Positions 50,616 to 62,057 of a stretch of DNA of 64,000 bases are shown here, piece by piece (the first letter of the stretch is position 1; the number at the start of each line of letters is the position of its first letter). The stretch spans positions 12,398 to 76,397 of the forward strand of contig JBGPOE010000003.1 in assembly GCA_041487875.1 (NCBI GenBank). The letters run 5' to 3'. This stretch comes from Gemmatimonadota bacterium. Its GTDB lineage: Bacteria; Gemmatimonadota; Gemmatimonadetes; Gemmatimonadales; GWC2-71-9. A program made the position numbers and the translations under genes. Below the pieces are notes generated by a model. It did not search any database. It worked only from the letters and a program-made list of their open reading frames with translations, and was not told the DNA's origin.

Positions 50616-51156
50616 TCCCCCGCTGCGCCTGGTACTTCCCCTTCTTGTCCTTGTACGACACCGCGCACTCATCGCCCGGATCCGCCGTAAAGAACAGCAC
50701 CTGGGCGATCCCTTCGTTCGCGTAGATCTTGGCGGGGAGCGGCGTCGTGTTGGAGATCTCGAGTGTGACGTGTCCCTCCCATTCCGGTTCGAACGGCGTG
50801 ACGTTGGTGATGATGCCGCAACGCGCATAGGTGCTCTTGCCTACACAGATCGTGAGCACGTTCCGCGGGATGCGGAAATATTCGATGGAGCGGGCGAGGG
50901 CGAACGAATTGGGCGGCACCACGCACACATCGCCCTTGAATTCGACAAACGAGCGCGGATCGAACGCCTTGGGGTCCACAATCGCCGACAGAGCGTTGGT
51001 GAAGATCTTGAACTCGGGCGCCACGCGCATGTCGTAGCCGTAGGACGAGACGCCGTAGGAGATCGCGCCCGCGCGCACCTGCCCGTCGGCGAACGGCTCG
51101 ATCATCGCGTGCTCGGTGGCCATGCGCCGGATCCAGCGGTCGGACTTGATGGACAT
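50596..51156 (-). CDS. dcd: dCTP deaminase
   Basis: ORF 50596..51180 trimmed to ATG 51156 ([13 protein letters not shown]). [42 protein letters not shown]. Confidence 0.9.
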   Translation of the reverse strand: MSIKSDRWIRRMATEHAMIEPFADGQVRAGAISYGVSSYGYDMRVAPEFKIFTNALSAIVDPKAFDPRSFVEFKGDVCVVPPNSFALARSIEYFRIPRNVLTICVGKSTYARCGIITNVTPFEPEWEGHVTLEISNTTPLPAKIYANEGIAQVLFFTADPGDECAVSYKDKKGKYQAQRGITLPKL

Positions 51157-51204
51157 GGGGGCGCAATATATCGGCGCCATCGTGACTTACGCCACTCGAC
51201 TCGG

Positions 51205-51233
51205 TTGACATGCGTGCCGCCGTGCGGTAGGTT
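51205..51233 (+). promoter_or_regulatory. candidate sigma-70 promoter TTGACA-N17-TAGGTT for the nuo operon
   Basis: -35 at 51205-51210, -10 at 51228-51233. Followed by the small hairpin GTGAA-TTTT-TTCAC (51246-51259) and GAGG before ATG 51267. Confidence 0.4.
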
Positions 51234-51266
51234 TTTCGGCGTCTAGTGAATTTTTTCACGAGGCCG

Positions 51267-51644
51267 ATGCTCCAATCCTACGTCCCGCTCCTGTTCCTTT
51301 CGATCTTCGTCGCGGCGAATGCGGTGGGGATGATCGCGGCGTCCCATCTCCTCATGCGGCGCCGGCCCACCACGGTGAAGGAGACGCCATACGAGAGCGG
51401 CATGCCGCCGCTGGGGAGCGCGCACGAGCGGTTCTCCGTGAAGTTCTACCTCATCGCCATGCTGTTTATCATCTTCGACATCGAAACCGTGTTCTTGATC
51501 CCCTGGGGCACGATCTTTTTCGGCGCAGACCAGGCGGGCGGGCTCGGCATGGGCTTCCTGCTCGTCGAGATGCTCGTGTTCCTCGCGATCTTGGCCGTCG
51601 GCTACCTCTACGTGTGGAAGCGCGGCGCCCTGGAGTGGGACTGA
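51267..51644 (+). CDS. nuoA: NADH-quinone oxidoreductase subunit A (alternative GTG start 51246)
   Basis: ORF 51246..51644. [33 protein letters not shown]. Confidence 0.85.
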   Translation: MLQSYVPLLFLSIFVAANAVGMIAASHLLMRRRPTTVKETPYESGMPPLGSAHERFSVKFYLIAMLFIIFDIETVFLIPWGTIFFGADQAGGLGMGFLLVEMLVFLAILAVGYLYVWKRGALEWD

Positions 51645-51645
51645 C

Positions 51646-52266
51646 ATGAAGCGCGTGCTCGCCACCACGGAAGTGCCGGGCCAGAGCCCCAACTACCTGC
51701 TCGCCAAGTTCGAGCAGCTGGTCAATTGGGCGGTGAACAGCTCGCGGGCCAACTCGCTGTGGCCGATGCCCTTCGGCACGGCGTGCTGCGCCATCGAGTT
51801 CATGGCCACGGCCGCGAGCCGCTACGATTTCGCCCGCTTTGGCATGGAGCGGCAGGCATTCTCGCCCCGCCAGGCCGACGTGCTGATCTGCGCCGGCCGC
51901 CTGCCTTTTAAGCTTGCGCCTGTTATCCGCCGCGTCTACGACCAGATGCCGCAGCCCAAGTGGGTCATCTCGATGGGGGCGTGCGCCTCGAGCGGCGGCA
52001 TTTTCGACAATTACGCCATGGTGCAGGGCATCGACACGATCGTGCCGGTGGATGTGTACGTGCCGGGCTGCCCGCCTCGGCCCGAAGGCCTGCTCTACGG
52101 CATTCTGCTGCTCCACAAGAAGATCAAGGGTGAGTCGCTGTTCGACCCGGTGGCGCGCCGCGACGAACAGCCGCTCGACGCCCATGGGCTGCGGCTCTCG
52201 CCCGAGCAGATCGACGAGATCTCGGAGCCGTTCGGCAACTCCGTCCACCAGTTCCGCTCGGCGTGA
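51646..52266 (+). CDS. nuoB: NADH-quinone oxidoreductase subunit B
   Basis: ORF 51646..52266. [18 protein letters not shown] and VPGCPPRPE cluster-N2 cysteines. Confidence 0.95.
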   Translation: MKRVLATTEVPGQSPNYLLAKFEQLVNWAVNSSRANSLWPMPFGTACCAIEFMATAASRYDFARFGMERQAFSPRQADVLICAGRLPFKLAPVIRRVYDQMPQPKWVISMGACASSGGIFDNYAMVQGIDTIVPVDVYVPGCPPRPEGLLYGILLLHKKIKGESLFDPVARRDEQPLDAHGLRLSPEQIDEISEPFGNSVHQFRSA

Positions 52267-52880
52267 ACCCGTCCGCCGACGCGCTGCGCACGACCTTCGG
52301 ATCCGCGATCGGCCGCGCGCTCGACGTGCGCGGCGACACCATCGTCTACATCCAGCGCGAGCGCCTGCTGGATGTGATGCGCTGGCTGCGCGACACGCCG
52401 GGGCACGAATACCACTACCTCGTCGACGTCACGGCCGTGGAATACCGCGACCGCGAGCGCCCGCTCGAAGTGGTCTACTTCCTGCGCGCGCTGCACCGCC
52501 AGGCCGATCTGCGCGTGAAGGTGGAGCTCGATCCCGCGGGCGAGCTGACGGTGGATTCGGTCGTGTCGCTGTGGGCCGGGGCTGACTGGCTGGAGCGGGA
52601 AGTCTACGACATGTTCGGGATCACCTTCCGCGGCCACCCCGACTTGCGCCGCATCCTCATGTGGGAGACGTACCGCGAGGGCTATCCGCTGCGGAAAGAC
52701 TTCCCGCTGCGGGGACGGTTCTCCCGCGCCGAGCAGGTGCGCCAGGCCTTGAACGCCAATCCCGAAGCGAACTACTCGCTGGAAGAGCTGTCCATCGCCG
52801 ACGCCTACCAGGAGCTGCCGGCCGACATGCGCGAGCGCCTGCGTAAGGGCGAGCGCGGCGGCGTGCGGGAGTCGGAATGA
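52263..52880 (+). CDS. nuoC: NADH-quinone oxidoreductase subunit C
   Basis: ORF 52263..52880. [24 protein letters not shown], a 30-kDa subunit signature. Confidence 0.9.
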   Translation: MNPSADALRTTFGSAIGRALDVRGDTIVYIQRERLLDVMRWLRDTPGHEYHYLVDVTAVEYRDRERPLEVVYFLRALHRQADLRVKVELDPAGELTVDSVVSLWAGADWLEREVYDMFGITFRGHPDLRRILMWETYREGYPLRKDFPLRGRFSRAEQVRQALNANPEANYSLEELSIADAYQELPADMRERLRKGERGGVRESE

Positions 52881-54151
52881 GCAAGCGCACGATCGAGCTC
52901 GAGCTCGCGACGCCGGGGCTCGACGCGCAGGGCGCGCCCCACCGCGTGCCGCTCGCGCCGCCGCCGCAACAAGAGCCCGACCTCGGGGGCGAGCACCTGC
53001 TCGTCAACCTGGGACCCCAGCATCCCGCTACGCACGGCGTGCTGCGGCTGGTGGTCGAGCTCGACGGCGAGACCGTGGTGCGGGTCATCCCGCACATCGG
53101 CTACCTGCACTCGGGCTTCGAGAAGCTGGGCGAGTACCGCCACTACAACCAGATCATCCCGCTCACCGACCGGACGGACTATCTGTCGCCGATGGCGAAC
53201 AATGTCGGCGTGGCGCTCGCCGCGGAAAAACTGATGGGCATCGAGATCACGCCGCGCTGCACCGTGCTGCGGGTGATCGCCTGCGAGATGAGCCGCATCA
53301 TCTCGCACATGGTTTGGCTGGGCACCACGTCGATCGACTTGGGTGCATTCACCCCGTTCCTATGGGCGTTCCAGGAGCGCGAGCGCATCTACAACCTGCA
53401 GGAGATGTGGACCGGCGCGCGCCTCACGACGAGCGTCACGCGCGTGGGCGGCATGATGGCCGACATTCCCGATGGGTTCGTCGCGGGGCTGCGCCACTTC
53501 ATCGAGACCTATCCCAAGACCCTGGACGAGATCGACCGCGTGCTCACCCGCAACGCGGTGTGGGCGGGACGGACGCAGGGCATCGGCATCCTCACGCGCG
53601 ACGAGGCGATCAACCTGTCGCTCTCGGGGCCTATGTTGCGCGCCAGCGGCGTGGCCTACGACGTACGCAAGGACAAACCGTACTTGGGCTACGAGACCTA
53701 CGACTTCGACGTCCCGGTGGGCGAGCACGGCGACGTGTACGACCGCTACCTGGTGCGGCTGGAGGAATGCTATCAGTCGAACCGCATTCTGGCGCAGGCC
53801 GTGGACCGCCTGCCGGACGGCCCGATCAACGTGGACGACCCGCGCGTGATCCTGCCGCCCAAGTCGCGCGCGATGAGCGACATGGAAGCCATGATCTACC
53901 ACTTCAAGCAGGTGATGGAAGGCGTGAAGGCGCCGGTAGGCGAGGCGTACGTGGGGATTGAGAACCCGAAGGGCGAGCTGGGCAATTACTTCGTGTCGGA
54001 CGGCACCGCGAAGCCGGTCCGCTGGCGCATCCGGCCGCCGTCCTTCATCAACCTGGCGTCGATCGCCAGGATGGCGGAGGGCCACCTGTTGAGCGACCTG
54101 ATCGCCATCAACGCGTCGGTGGACATCGTCATGGGCGAGATCGATCGATGA
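52877..54151 (+). CDS. nuoD: NADH-quinone oxidoreductase subunit D
   Basis: ORF 52877..54151. LGPQHPATHGVLRLVVELDGE, IGYLHSGFEK, ends VDIVMGEIDR. Confidence 0.95.
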   Translation: MSKRTIELELATPGLDAQGAPHRVPLAPPPQQEPDLGGEHLLVNLGPQHPATHGVLRLVVELDGETVVRVIPHIGYLHSGFEKLGEYRHYNQIIPLTDRTDYLSPMANNVGVALAAEKLMGIEITPRCTVLRVIACEMSRIISHMVWLGTTSIDLGAFTPFLWAFQERERIYNLQEMWTGARLTTSVTRVGGMMADIPDGFVAGLRHFIETYPKTLDEIDRVLTRNAVWAGRTQGIGILTRDEAINLSLSGPMLRASGVAYDVRKDKPYLGYETYDFDVPVGEHGDVYDRYLVRLEECYQSNRILAQAVDRLPDGPINVDDPRVILPPKSRAMSDMEAMIYHFKQVMEGVKAPVGEAYVGIENPKGELGNYFVSDGTAKPVRWRIRPPSFINLASIARMAEGHLLSDLIAINASVDIVMGEIDR

Positions 54152-54660
54152 GCGCGAATCACGCGCCGGCGGGCACGGAGGAATATCAGCCCGTCTTCAC
54201 CGGCAAGACGCTGGACCAGCTCAACACCATCCTCACCCGCTACCCCACCAAGCAGGCGGCGTTGCTGCCCGCGCTGTGGCTGGTGCAGGCAGCGCGCGGC
54301 TGGATCTCCGACCGCAACATGGCGGAGGTGGGCGAAGTGCTGGGCATCACGCCCGCCTATGTGAAGGGCGTGGTGACCTTCTACACGATGTACCACCAAC
54401 ACCCCGTGGGCCGGAACTTCGTGCAAGTGTGCACCACGTCGCCGTGCAACATCTGCGGCGCCGAGGAAGTGGTGAAGGCGCTGCTCCGGGAGACGGGCGC
54501 GGGCGACTTGGGCGCCACGAGCCCCGACGGCAGGTGGACCGTGATCGAGGTCGAATGCCTCGGCGCCTGCGGCTTCGCCACGCCCGTGCTCATCAACGAC
54601 GACTTCATTGAATCCGTCACGCCGGACAAAGTTCCGGAGCTGGTGAGGAAATACAAGTGA
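54148..54660 (+). CDS. nuoE: NADH-quinone oxidoreductase subunit E
   Basis: ORF 54148..54660. 2Fe-2S cysteines in VCTTSPCNICG and ECLGACGFATP. Confidence 0.9.
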   Translation: MSANHAPAGTEEYQPVFTGKTLDQLNTILTRYPTKQAALLPALWLVQAARGWISDRNMAEVGEVLGITPAYVKGVVTFYTMYHQHPVGRNFVQVCTTSPCNICGAEEVVKALLRETGAGDLGATSPDGRWTVIEVECLGACGFATPVLINDDFIESVTPDKVPELVRKYK

Positions 54661-54712
54661 ACGCTCAGCGTCTTGCCGTCTTGGCGTCCGGCAACGGCGC
54701 GGGGGAGGGCTG

Positions 54713-55996
54713 ATGGGTTACCCCCAGAAGCCGCATGCGCGCGAGACCGTGGTGCTGTCGAAGCATTTCGGCGACGCCGACGCGAAGAGCTACAAAGGCT
54801 GGGTGAAGCGCGGCGGGTACGAAGCGCTGCAGAAGGCTTTGGCGATGGATCCCGCGGCGGTGATCGAGGAAGTGAAAGCCTCGGGGCTGCGGGGACGCGG
54901 CGGCGCGGGCTTCCCCACGGGGCTCAAGTGGTCCTTCATGCCGAAGGAGAAGAAGAAGCCCCACTACCTGTGCGTGAACGCCGACGAGTCGGAGCCCGGC
55001 ACCTTCAAGGACCGCGAGATCATGCGGTGGACACCGCACGCCCTGCTCGAGGGCACGGCCATCGCCGCGTACGCGATCCGCGCCGAGATCGCCTACATCT
55101 ACATCCGCGGCGAGTTCACCGAGCCGTTCGCGGTGATGGAGCAGGCGCTCGCCGAAGCGAACCAGGCGGGCGTGTTCAAGGACAAGGTCAAGGTCTATCT
55201 GCACCGCGGCGCCGGCGCTTACATCTGCGGCGAAGAGACGGCGCTGATGAATTCGATCGAGGGCAAGCGCGGCAATCCGCGCATCAAGCCGCCGTTCCCG
55301 GCGGCCGCCGGCGTGTTCGGCATGCCCACGACCATCAACAACGTCGAGACCCTCGCGGCCGTGCCCCACATCTTGAAGCAGGGGGCCGCCTGGTACAAGG
55401 CGCTGTGCCTCTCGAATCCCAAGAGCACGGGCACCAAGCTCTTCTCGGTGTGCGGCCACGTGCAGCGGCCCGGCAACTACGAAGTGACGATGGGGTTCCC
55501 GCTGAAGGACCTGCTGTACGAGCTGTGCGGCGGCATGCGCGCCGGCCGTACGCTCAAGGCGTGCATCCCCGGCGGGTCGTCGGTACCGATCCTCAACCGC
55601 GAAGAGATCGAGGCCACACTGCTCGACTACGAGGGCGTGGTGGAGCGGGGCTCGATGCTCGGCTCGGGCGGCGTGATCGTGTTCGACGATACCGCGGACA
55701 TGGTCTACCAGATCATGCGGCTCGCCAAGTTCTACGCCCACGAATCGTGCGCCCAGTGCACCCAGTGCCGCGAGGGCACGGCATGGACCGTGAAGATCAT
55801 GGAACGGATCCTCGCGGGGCAGGGCAAGATGCAGGACTTGGACCTGCTGCTCGACCTGTCGGACAACATGACCGGGAAGACGATCTGCGTCTTGTCGGAC
55901 TCGTGCGCGGCGCCGGTGGTATCGGGCATCAAGAAATTCAAGAACGAATTCGAAGCCTACATCACGGGCAAGCGCCGCCCTGTCGCAGCGGACTGA
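54713..55996 (+). CDS. nuoF: NADH-quinone oxidoreductase subunit F
   Basis: ORF 54713..55996. GLRGRGGAGFPTGLKWSF, NADESEPGTFKDR, ESCAQCTQCREG. Confidence 0.95.
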   Translation: MGYPQKPHARETVVLSKHFGDADAKSYKGWVKRGGYEALQKALAMDPAAVIEEVKASGLRGRGGAGFPTGLKWSFMPKEKKKPHYLCVNADESEPGTFKDREIMRWTPHALLEGTAIAAYAIRAEIAYIYIRGEFTEPFAVMEQALAEANQAGVFKDKVKVYLHRGAGAYICGEETALMNSIEGKRGNPRIKPPFPAAAGVFGMPTTINNVETLAAVPHILKQGAAWYKALCLSNPKSTGTKLFSVCGHVQRPGNYEVTMGFPLKDLLYELCGGMRAGRTLKACIPGGSSVPILNREEIEATLLDYEGVVERGSMLGSGGVIVFDDTADMVYQIMRLAKFYAHESCAQCTQCREGTAWTVKIMERILAGQGKMQDLDLLLDLSDNMTGKTICVLSDSCAAPVVSGIKKFKNEFEAYITGKRRPVAAD

Positions 55997-56020
55997 AAGC
56001 TGAGGGCTGATGGCTGACGG
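55993..56020 (+). repeat. four tandem heptamers CTGAAAG CTGAGGG CTGATGG CTGACGG spanning the nuoF stop and nuoG start
   Basis: CTGA starts at 55993, 56000, 56007 and 56014. The first three TGAs (starting 55994, 56001 and 56008) together cover all three reading frames. The nuoF stop is 55994-55996 and the nuoG ATG is 56010-56012. Confidence 0.8.
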
Positions 56021-57575
56021 CTCTATCAACCTGACGATCGACGACGTCACGCTCAGCGTGCCCGCGGGTACCCTCCTGATCGAGGCCGCCAAGCAGGCGG
56101 GCGTGCTGGTGCCGCACTATTGCTACCACCCGGGCCTGCCGGTGGCGGGCGTGTGCCGCATGTGCCTGGTCGAGGTCGAGAAGGCGCCCAAGCTCCAGAT
56201 CGCCTGCGCCACGCAGGTGGCCGAAGGCATGGTGGTGCGCACGCAGTCGGCGCAGGCCAAGAAGGGCCGCACCGGCGTGCTCGAGCTGCTGCTCATCAAT
56301 CACCCGCTCGATTGCCCCATCTGCGACCAGGCGGGCGAGTGCGAGCTGCAGGACTTCACGTTCCAGGAAGGCCGTCCGGCCACGCGGTACAGCCCGGACT
56401 ACGCCAAGCGCTTCAACCCCGTGGAAGACTTCGGGCCCGACGTGCTATACGTGCCCAACCGCTGCATCCTGTGCACCCGCTGCGTGCGGTTCATGGAGAA
56501 CGTGGCGGAGGAGCCGGTCTTGAACGTCTCCGAGCGCGGCGACCGCGCCTACATCGGGATTCATCCCGACGCGCGGCTCGATCATTCCTGGGCGGGCAAC
56601 GTGGTGGACCTCTGCCCGGTGGGATCGCTCCTGTCGAAAGACTTCCTGCACAAGGCGCGCGCCTGGGAGCTCGACAAGACCGCGTCGGTGTGCACCGGCT
56701 GCTCGCAGGGGTGCAACCTCACGCTCGACACGCGCGACAACGTGGTGGTGCGCGTGCGGCCGCGCGTCAATCTCGACGTGAACCGCTACTTCATCTGCGA
56801 CCACGGCCGCATGAACTACCGCTGGATGAACCGCGGAGACCGCATCGAGGCGCCGCTCGTGAAGCACGACGGCGCCTACCGTGCCGTCGACTGGGACGAA
56901 GCGCTCGATCGCGCGCGCGCGGCACTGCGCGGGGCCCAGGGCAAGGCGGTGGCCCTGGTGTCGCCGCGGGCGTCCACCGAGGCACTGTTCCTCGCGCGCC
57001 GCCTGCTGGGCGGATTCGATTTCACCGGTGCGTTCCAGCTCGTCATGGGCGAGGCGGCCCCGCTCTCGGGCGTCCCGAATCTGGCGCTGCGCCCCGAGCG
57101 CGCGCCCAACGGCAACGGCGCGGGGCTGTTGGGCTACGGGACGGACTTCGCCGCCGCGGTCGGCGCCGCGGCGTCCGCGGCCGTGGTGCTCGTGCTGGAC
57201 GAGCCCCAGACCGCGGTCGAGACCGACGGCACGCTCATCTACCTCGGCACCGTGCCGCCCGAGCACGAGAGCAAGCGCACACCAGACATCGTGCTGCCCA
57301 TCACCAACGTCGCCGAGGAGGAAGGCAGCTTCGTCAACCGCGACGGCCGGGTCCAGCGCTACCTCCAGGCCAAACCCGCGCCCGGCATGGCGCGCCCCGC
57401 GTGGTGGGTGCTCACGGAGCTGCTGCGGAGCGGCGAGCAGGGAGCGCGGACGGCGGGAGAGGTGTTTGATCAGCTGGCGCAGTCCGTTGACGCGTTCGCC
57501 GGCCTGAGTTACGCCGAGCTGGGCCTCGGTGGCAAGAAGATCGCGGCGGGGAAGCCCGCGGGAGTGCCAGCGTGA
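56010..57575 (+). CDS. nuoG: NADH-quinone oxidoreductase subunit G (short form, 521 aa)
   Basis: ORF 56010..57575. CYHPGLPVAGVCRMCLVEV, HPLDCPICDQAGECELQD, CILCTRCVRF, CPVGSL. Confidence 0.9.
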   Translation: MADGSINLTIDDVTLSVPAGTLLIEAAKQAGVLVPHYCYHPGLPVAGVCRMCLVEVEKAPKLQIACATQVAEGMVVRTQSAQAKKGRTGVLELLLINHPLDCPICDQAGECELQDFTFQEGRPATRYSPDYAKRFNPVEDFGPDVLYVPNRCILCTRCVRFMENVAEEPVLNVSERGDRAYIGIHPDARLDHSWAGNVVDLCPVGSLLSKDFLHKARAWELDKTASVCTGCSQGCNLTLDTRDNVVVRVRPRVNLDVNRYFICDHGRMNYRWMNRGDRIEAPLVKHDGAYRAVDWDEALDRARAALRGAQGKAVALVSPRASTEALFLARRLLGGFDFTGAFQLVMGEAAPLSGVPNLALRPERAPNGNGAGLLGYGTDFAAAVGAAASAAVVLVLDEPQTAVETDGTLIYLGTVPPEHESKRTPDIVLPITNVAEEEGSFVNRDGRVQRYLQAKPAPGMARPAWWVLTELLRSGEQGARTAGEVFDQLAQSVDAFAGLSYAELGLGGKKIAAGKPAGVPA

Positions 57576-58744
57576 CTTTTTTCCTCGTCACGTCGATCAT
57601 CAAGATCGTCGTCGTCTTCAGCGTGACCCTGGTGGGCGTGGCGTTCCTCACGTATGTCGAGCGCCGCGTGTGCGCCTTGATGCAGGACCGCCTCGGCCCC
57701 AACCGGGTGGGCCCGCAGGGCCTGTTGCAGCCCGCCGCTGACGGTCTCAAGAGTCTGCTGAAGGAAGAGACGCTCCCGGCCCAGGCCGACAAGCTGCTGT
57801 TCCTGCTGGCGCCGATGATCTCCTTCATTCCCGCGCTGATGACGTTCGCCGTCATTCCATTCGGCTCGCCGCTCCCCACCAAGTGGGGCGACGTGCCGCT
57901 GGTGGTCGCGGACCTGCCGGTCGGGTTCCTCTACATCCTGGCGATCAGCTCGCTCGGCGTGTACGGCATCACGCTGGCCGGCTGGTCGTCGAACAACAAG
58001 TACGCGCTGCTCGGCGGGCTGCGCGCTTCGGCGCAGATGATCTCCTACGAGATCGCCTTGGGGCTGAGCACGGTGGCCGTCCTGCTCCTGTCGGGCAACG
58101 TGACGCTGTCGGCGATCATCGCGCGCCAGGCCTCGGCGTGGCCCGTGACCTGGAACGTGTTTCCGCTGGGGCTCGCGTATTGCGTCTTCATCATCGCGGC
58201 CTTCGCCGAAACCAACCGCTTGCCGTTCGATCTGGCGGAAGCCGAAGCCGAGCTCGTGGCGGGCTATCACACCGAGTACAGCGCGATGAAGTTTTCGATG
58301 TTCTACATCGCCGAGTACGCGAGCATGGTGACGCAGGCGGCGCTCGTCTCCACACTGTTCTTCGGCGGCTGGGACATCCCCTTCACGACGTGGGACAATA
58401 CGCCGCCGTGCACCGTGTGGAAGACGCTCCTCACCGTCGCGGCGTTCACCTTCAAGGTCTGGTGCTTCCTCTTCCTCTATATCTGGGTGCGCTGGACGCT
58501 GCCGCGCTTCCGCTACGACCAGCTGATGGCACTGGGCTGGAAGATCCTGTTGCCGTTCGCCCTCTTCTACCTCACGATCATCGCCTCGGCGGTGTGGTTC
58601 CTGCACGCGCAGCTTGGCTGGGAGTATGACACACGCTTTGCCGCCGTGCTGTTCGGGATCAACGTGATCCTTGGCGGGTTCGTGTTCCTCGTGCTCGACC
58701 GCGGCCGCATCGTGTCCGGCTCGGTCGCGCGGGAGCGGGCCTGA
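57572..58744 (+). CDS. nuoH: NADH-quinone oxidoreductase subunit H
   Basis: ORF 57572..58744. ERRVCALMQDRLGPNRVGP, GWSSNNKYALLGGLR, AETNRLPFDLAEAEAELVAGYHTEYS. Confidence 0.95.
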   Translation: MTFFLVTSIIKIVVVFSVTLVGVAFLTYVERRVCALMQDRLGPNRVGPQGLLQPAADGLKSLLKEETLPAQADKLLFLLAPMISFIPALMTFAVIPFGSPLPTKWGDVPLVVADLPVGFLYILAISSLGVYGITLAGWSSNNKYALLGGLRASAQMISYEIALGLSTVAVLLLSGNVTLSAIIARQASAWPVTWNVFPLGLAYCVFIIAAFAETNRLPFDLAEAEAELVAGYHTEYSAMKFSMFYIAEYASMVTQAALVSTLFFGGWDIPFTTWDNTPPCTVWKTLLTVAAFTFKVWCFLFLYIWVRWTLPRFRYDQLMALGWKILLPFALFYLTIIASAVWFLHAQLGWEYDTRFAAVLFGINVILGGFVFLVLDRGRIVSGSVARERA

Positions 58745-59250
58745 TGCCCATCGGTGTGAAGATCATGAAGCGGCCCGGGGCGCAGACGTCCTACGTGCTG
58801 GCCACGCTCAAGGGGATGCTGCTTACGCTGCGGCACTTGTTCCGGCCCAAGGTGACGATGCAGTACCCGGAGCAGCGCAGCACGCCCGACTGGACCATCT
58901 CGCAGCGCTGGCGCGGCACGCACCGCATGCTCACCGACGAGCAGGGCCGGGCGAAGTGCGTGGCCTGCGGCCTGTGCCCGCAGATCTGCCCCGCCAACTG
59001 CATCAAGCTGGTGCCCGGGGAAGATGAGGAAGGGCACCGCTACCCGCTGATTTACGAGATCGACGAGTTCCGCTGCGTGTTCTGCGGCTACTGCCAGGAA
59101 GTGTGCCCCGAAGAGGCGATCCACGTCGGCGTGCACTACGAGAATTCCGAGTACTCGCGCGACCGCTTTGTCTACGACCTCGAGCGGCTGTGCGCGCAGA
59201 CGCACCCCGTCTCGACGCTGTGGGACCCCTCCGACCCCAAGGGGGAGTGA
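58744..59250 (+). CDS. nuoI: NADH-quinone oxidoreductase subunit I
   Basis: ORF 58744..59250. Two ferredoxin motifs, CVACGLCPQICP and CVFCGYCQEVCP. Confidence 0.95.
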   Translation: MPIGVKIMKRPGAQTSYVLATLKGMLLTLRHLFRPKVTMQYPEQRSTPDWTISQRWRGTHRMLTDEQGRAKCVACGLCPQICPANCIKLVPGEDEEGHRYPLIYEIDEFRCVFCGYCQEVCPEEAIHVGVHYENSEYSRDRFVYDLERLCAQTHPVSTLWDPSDPKGE

Positions 59251-59254
59251 GCGG

Positions 59255-59778
<524 letters not shown>

Positions 59779-59779
<1 letters not shown>

Positions 59780-60074
59780 TGCTCTTCGGACCGTCGCTCG
59801 CCGTCTCGGCGATGCTGTTCGTGATCGGCGTGGCGGGCGTGCTGGTACGCCGCAACGCGATCGTGATCTTCATGTGCGTGGAGCTGATGCTCAACGCCGT
59901 GAATCTGACGTTCGTGGCATTGGCCCAGCGCCTCGGCGTGGCCGGGCAAATCTTCGTGTTCTTCGTGATGGCGGTGGCGGCGGCCGAGGCGGCCGTGGGA
60001 CTCGCGATCATCCTCGCGATCTTCCGCCACAAGGAGAGCGTGGACCTGCGCAACATCAACCTGCTGAGGGGCTG

Positions 60075-60075
<1 letters not shown>
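59779..60075 (+). CDS. nuoK: NADH-quinone oxidoreductase subunit K
   Basis: In-frame part of ORF 59320..60075, from ATG 59779. [29 protein letters not shown]. Confidence 0.9.
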
Positions 60076-62054
<1,979 letters not shown>

Positions 62055-62057
62055 CCC

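Noticed and set aside
54668-54691. Three tandem octamers GCGTCTTG CCGTCTTG GCGTCCGG in the nuoE-nuoF spacer
   Set aside because: The repeat is real but short and degenerate, with only three units and no second locus found. I treat it as a low-significance local duplication.
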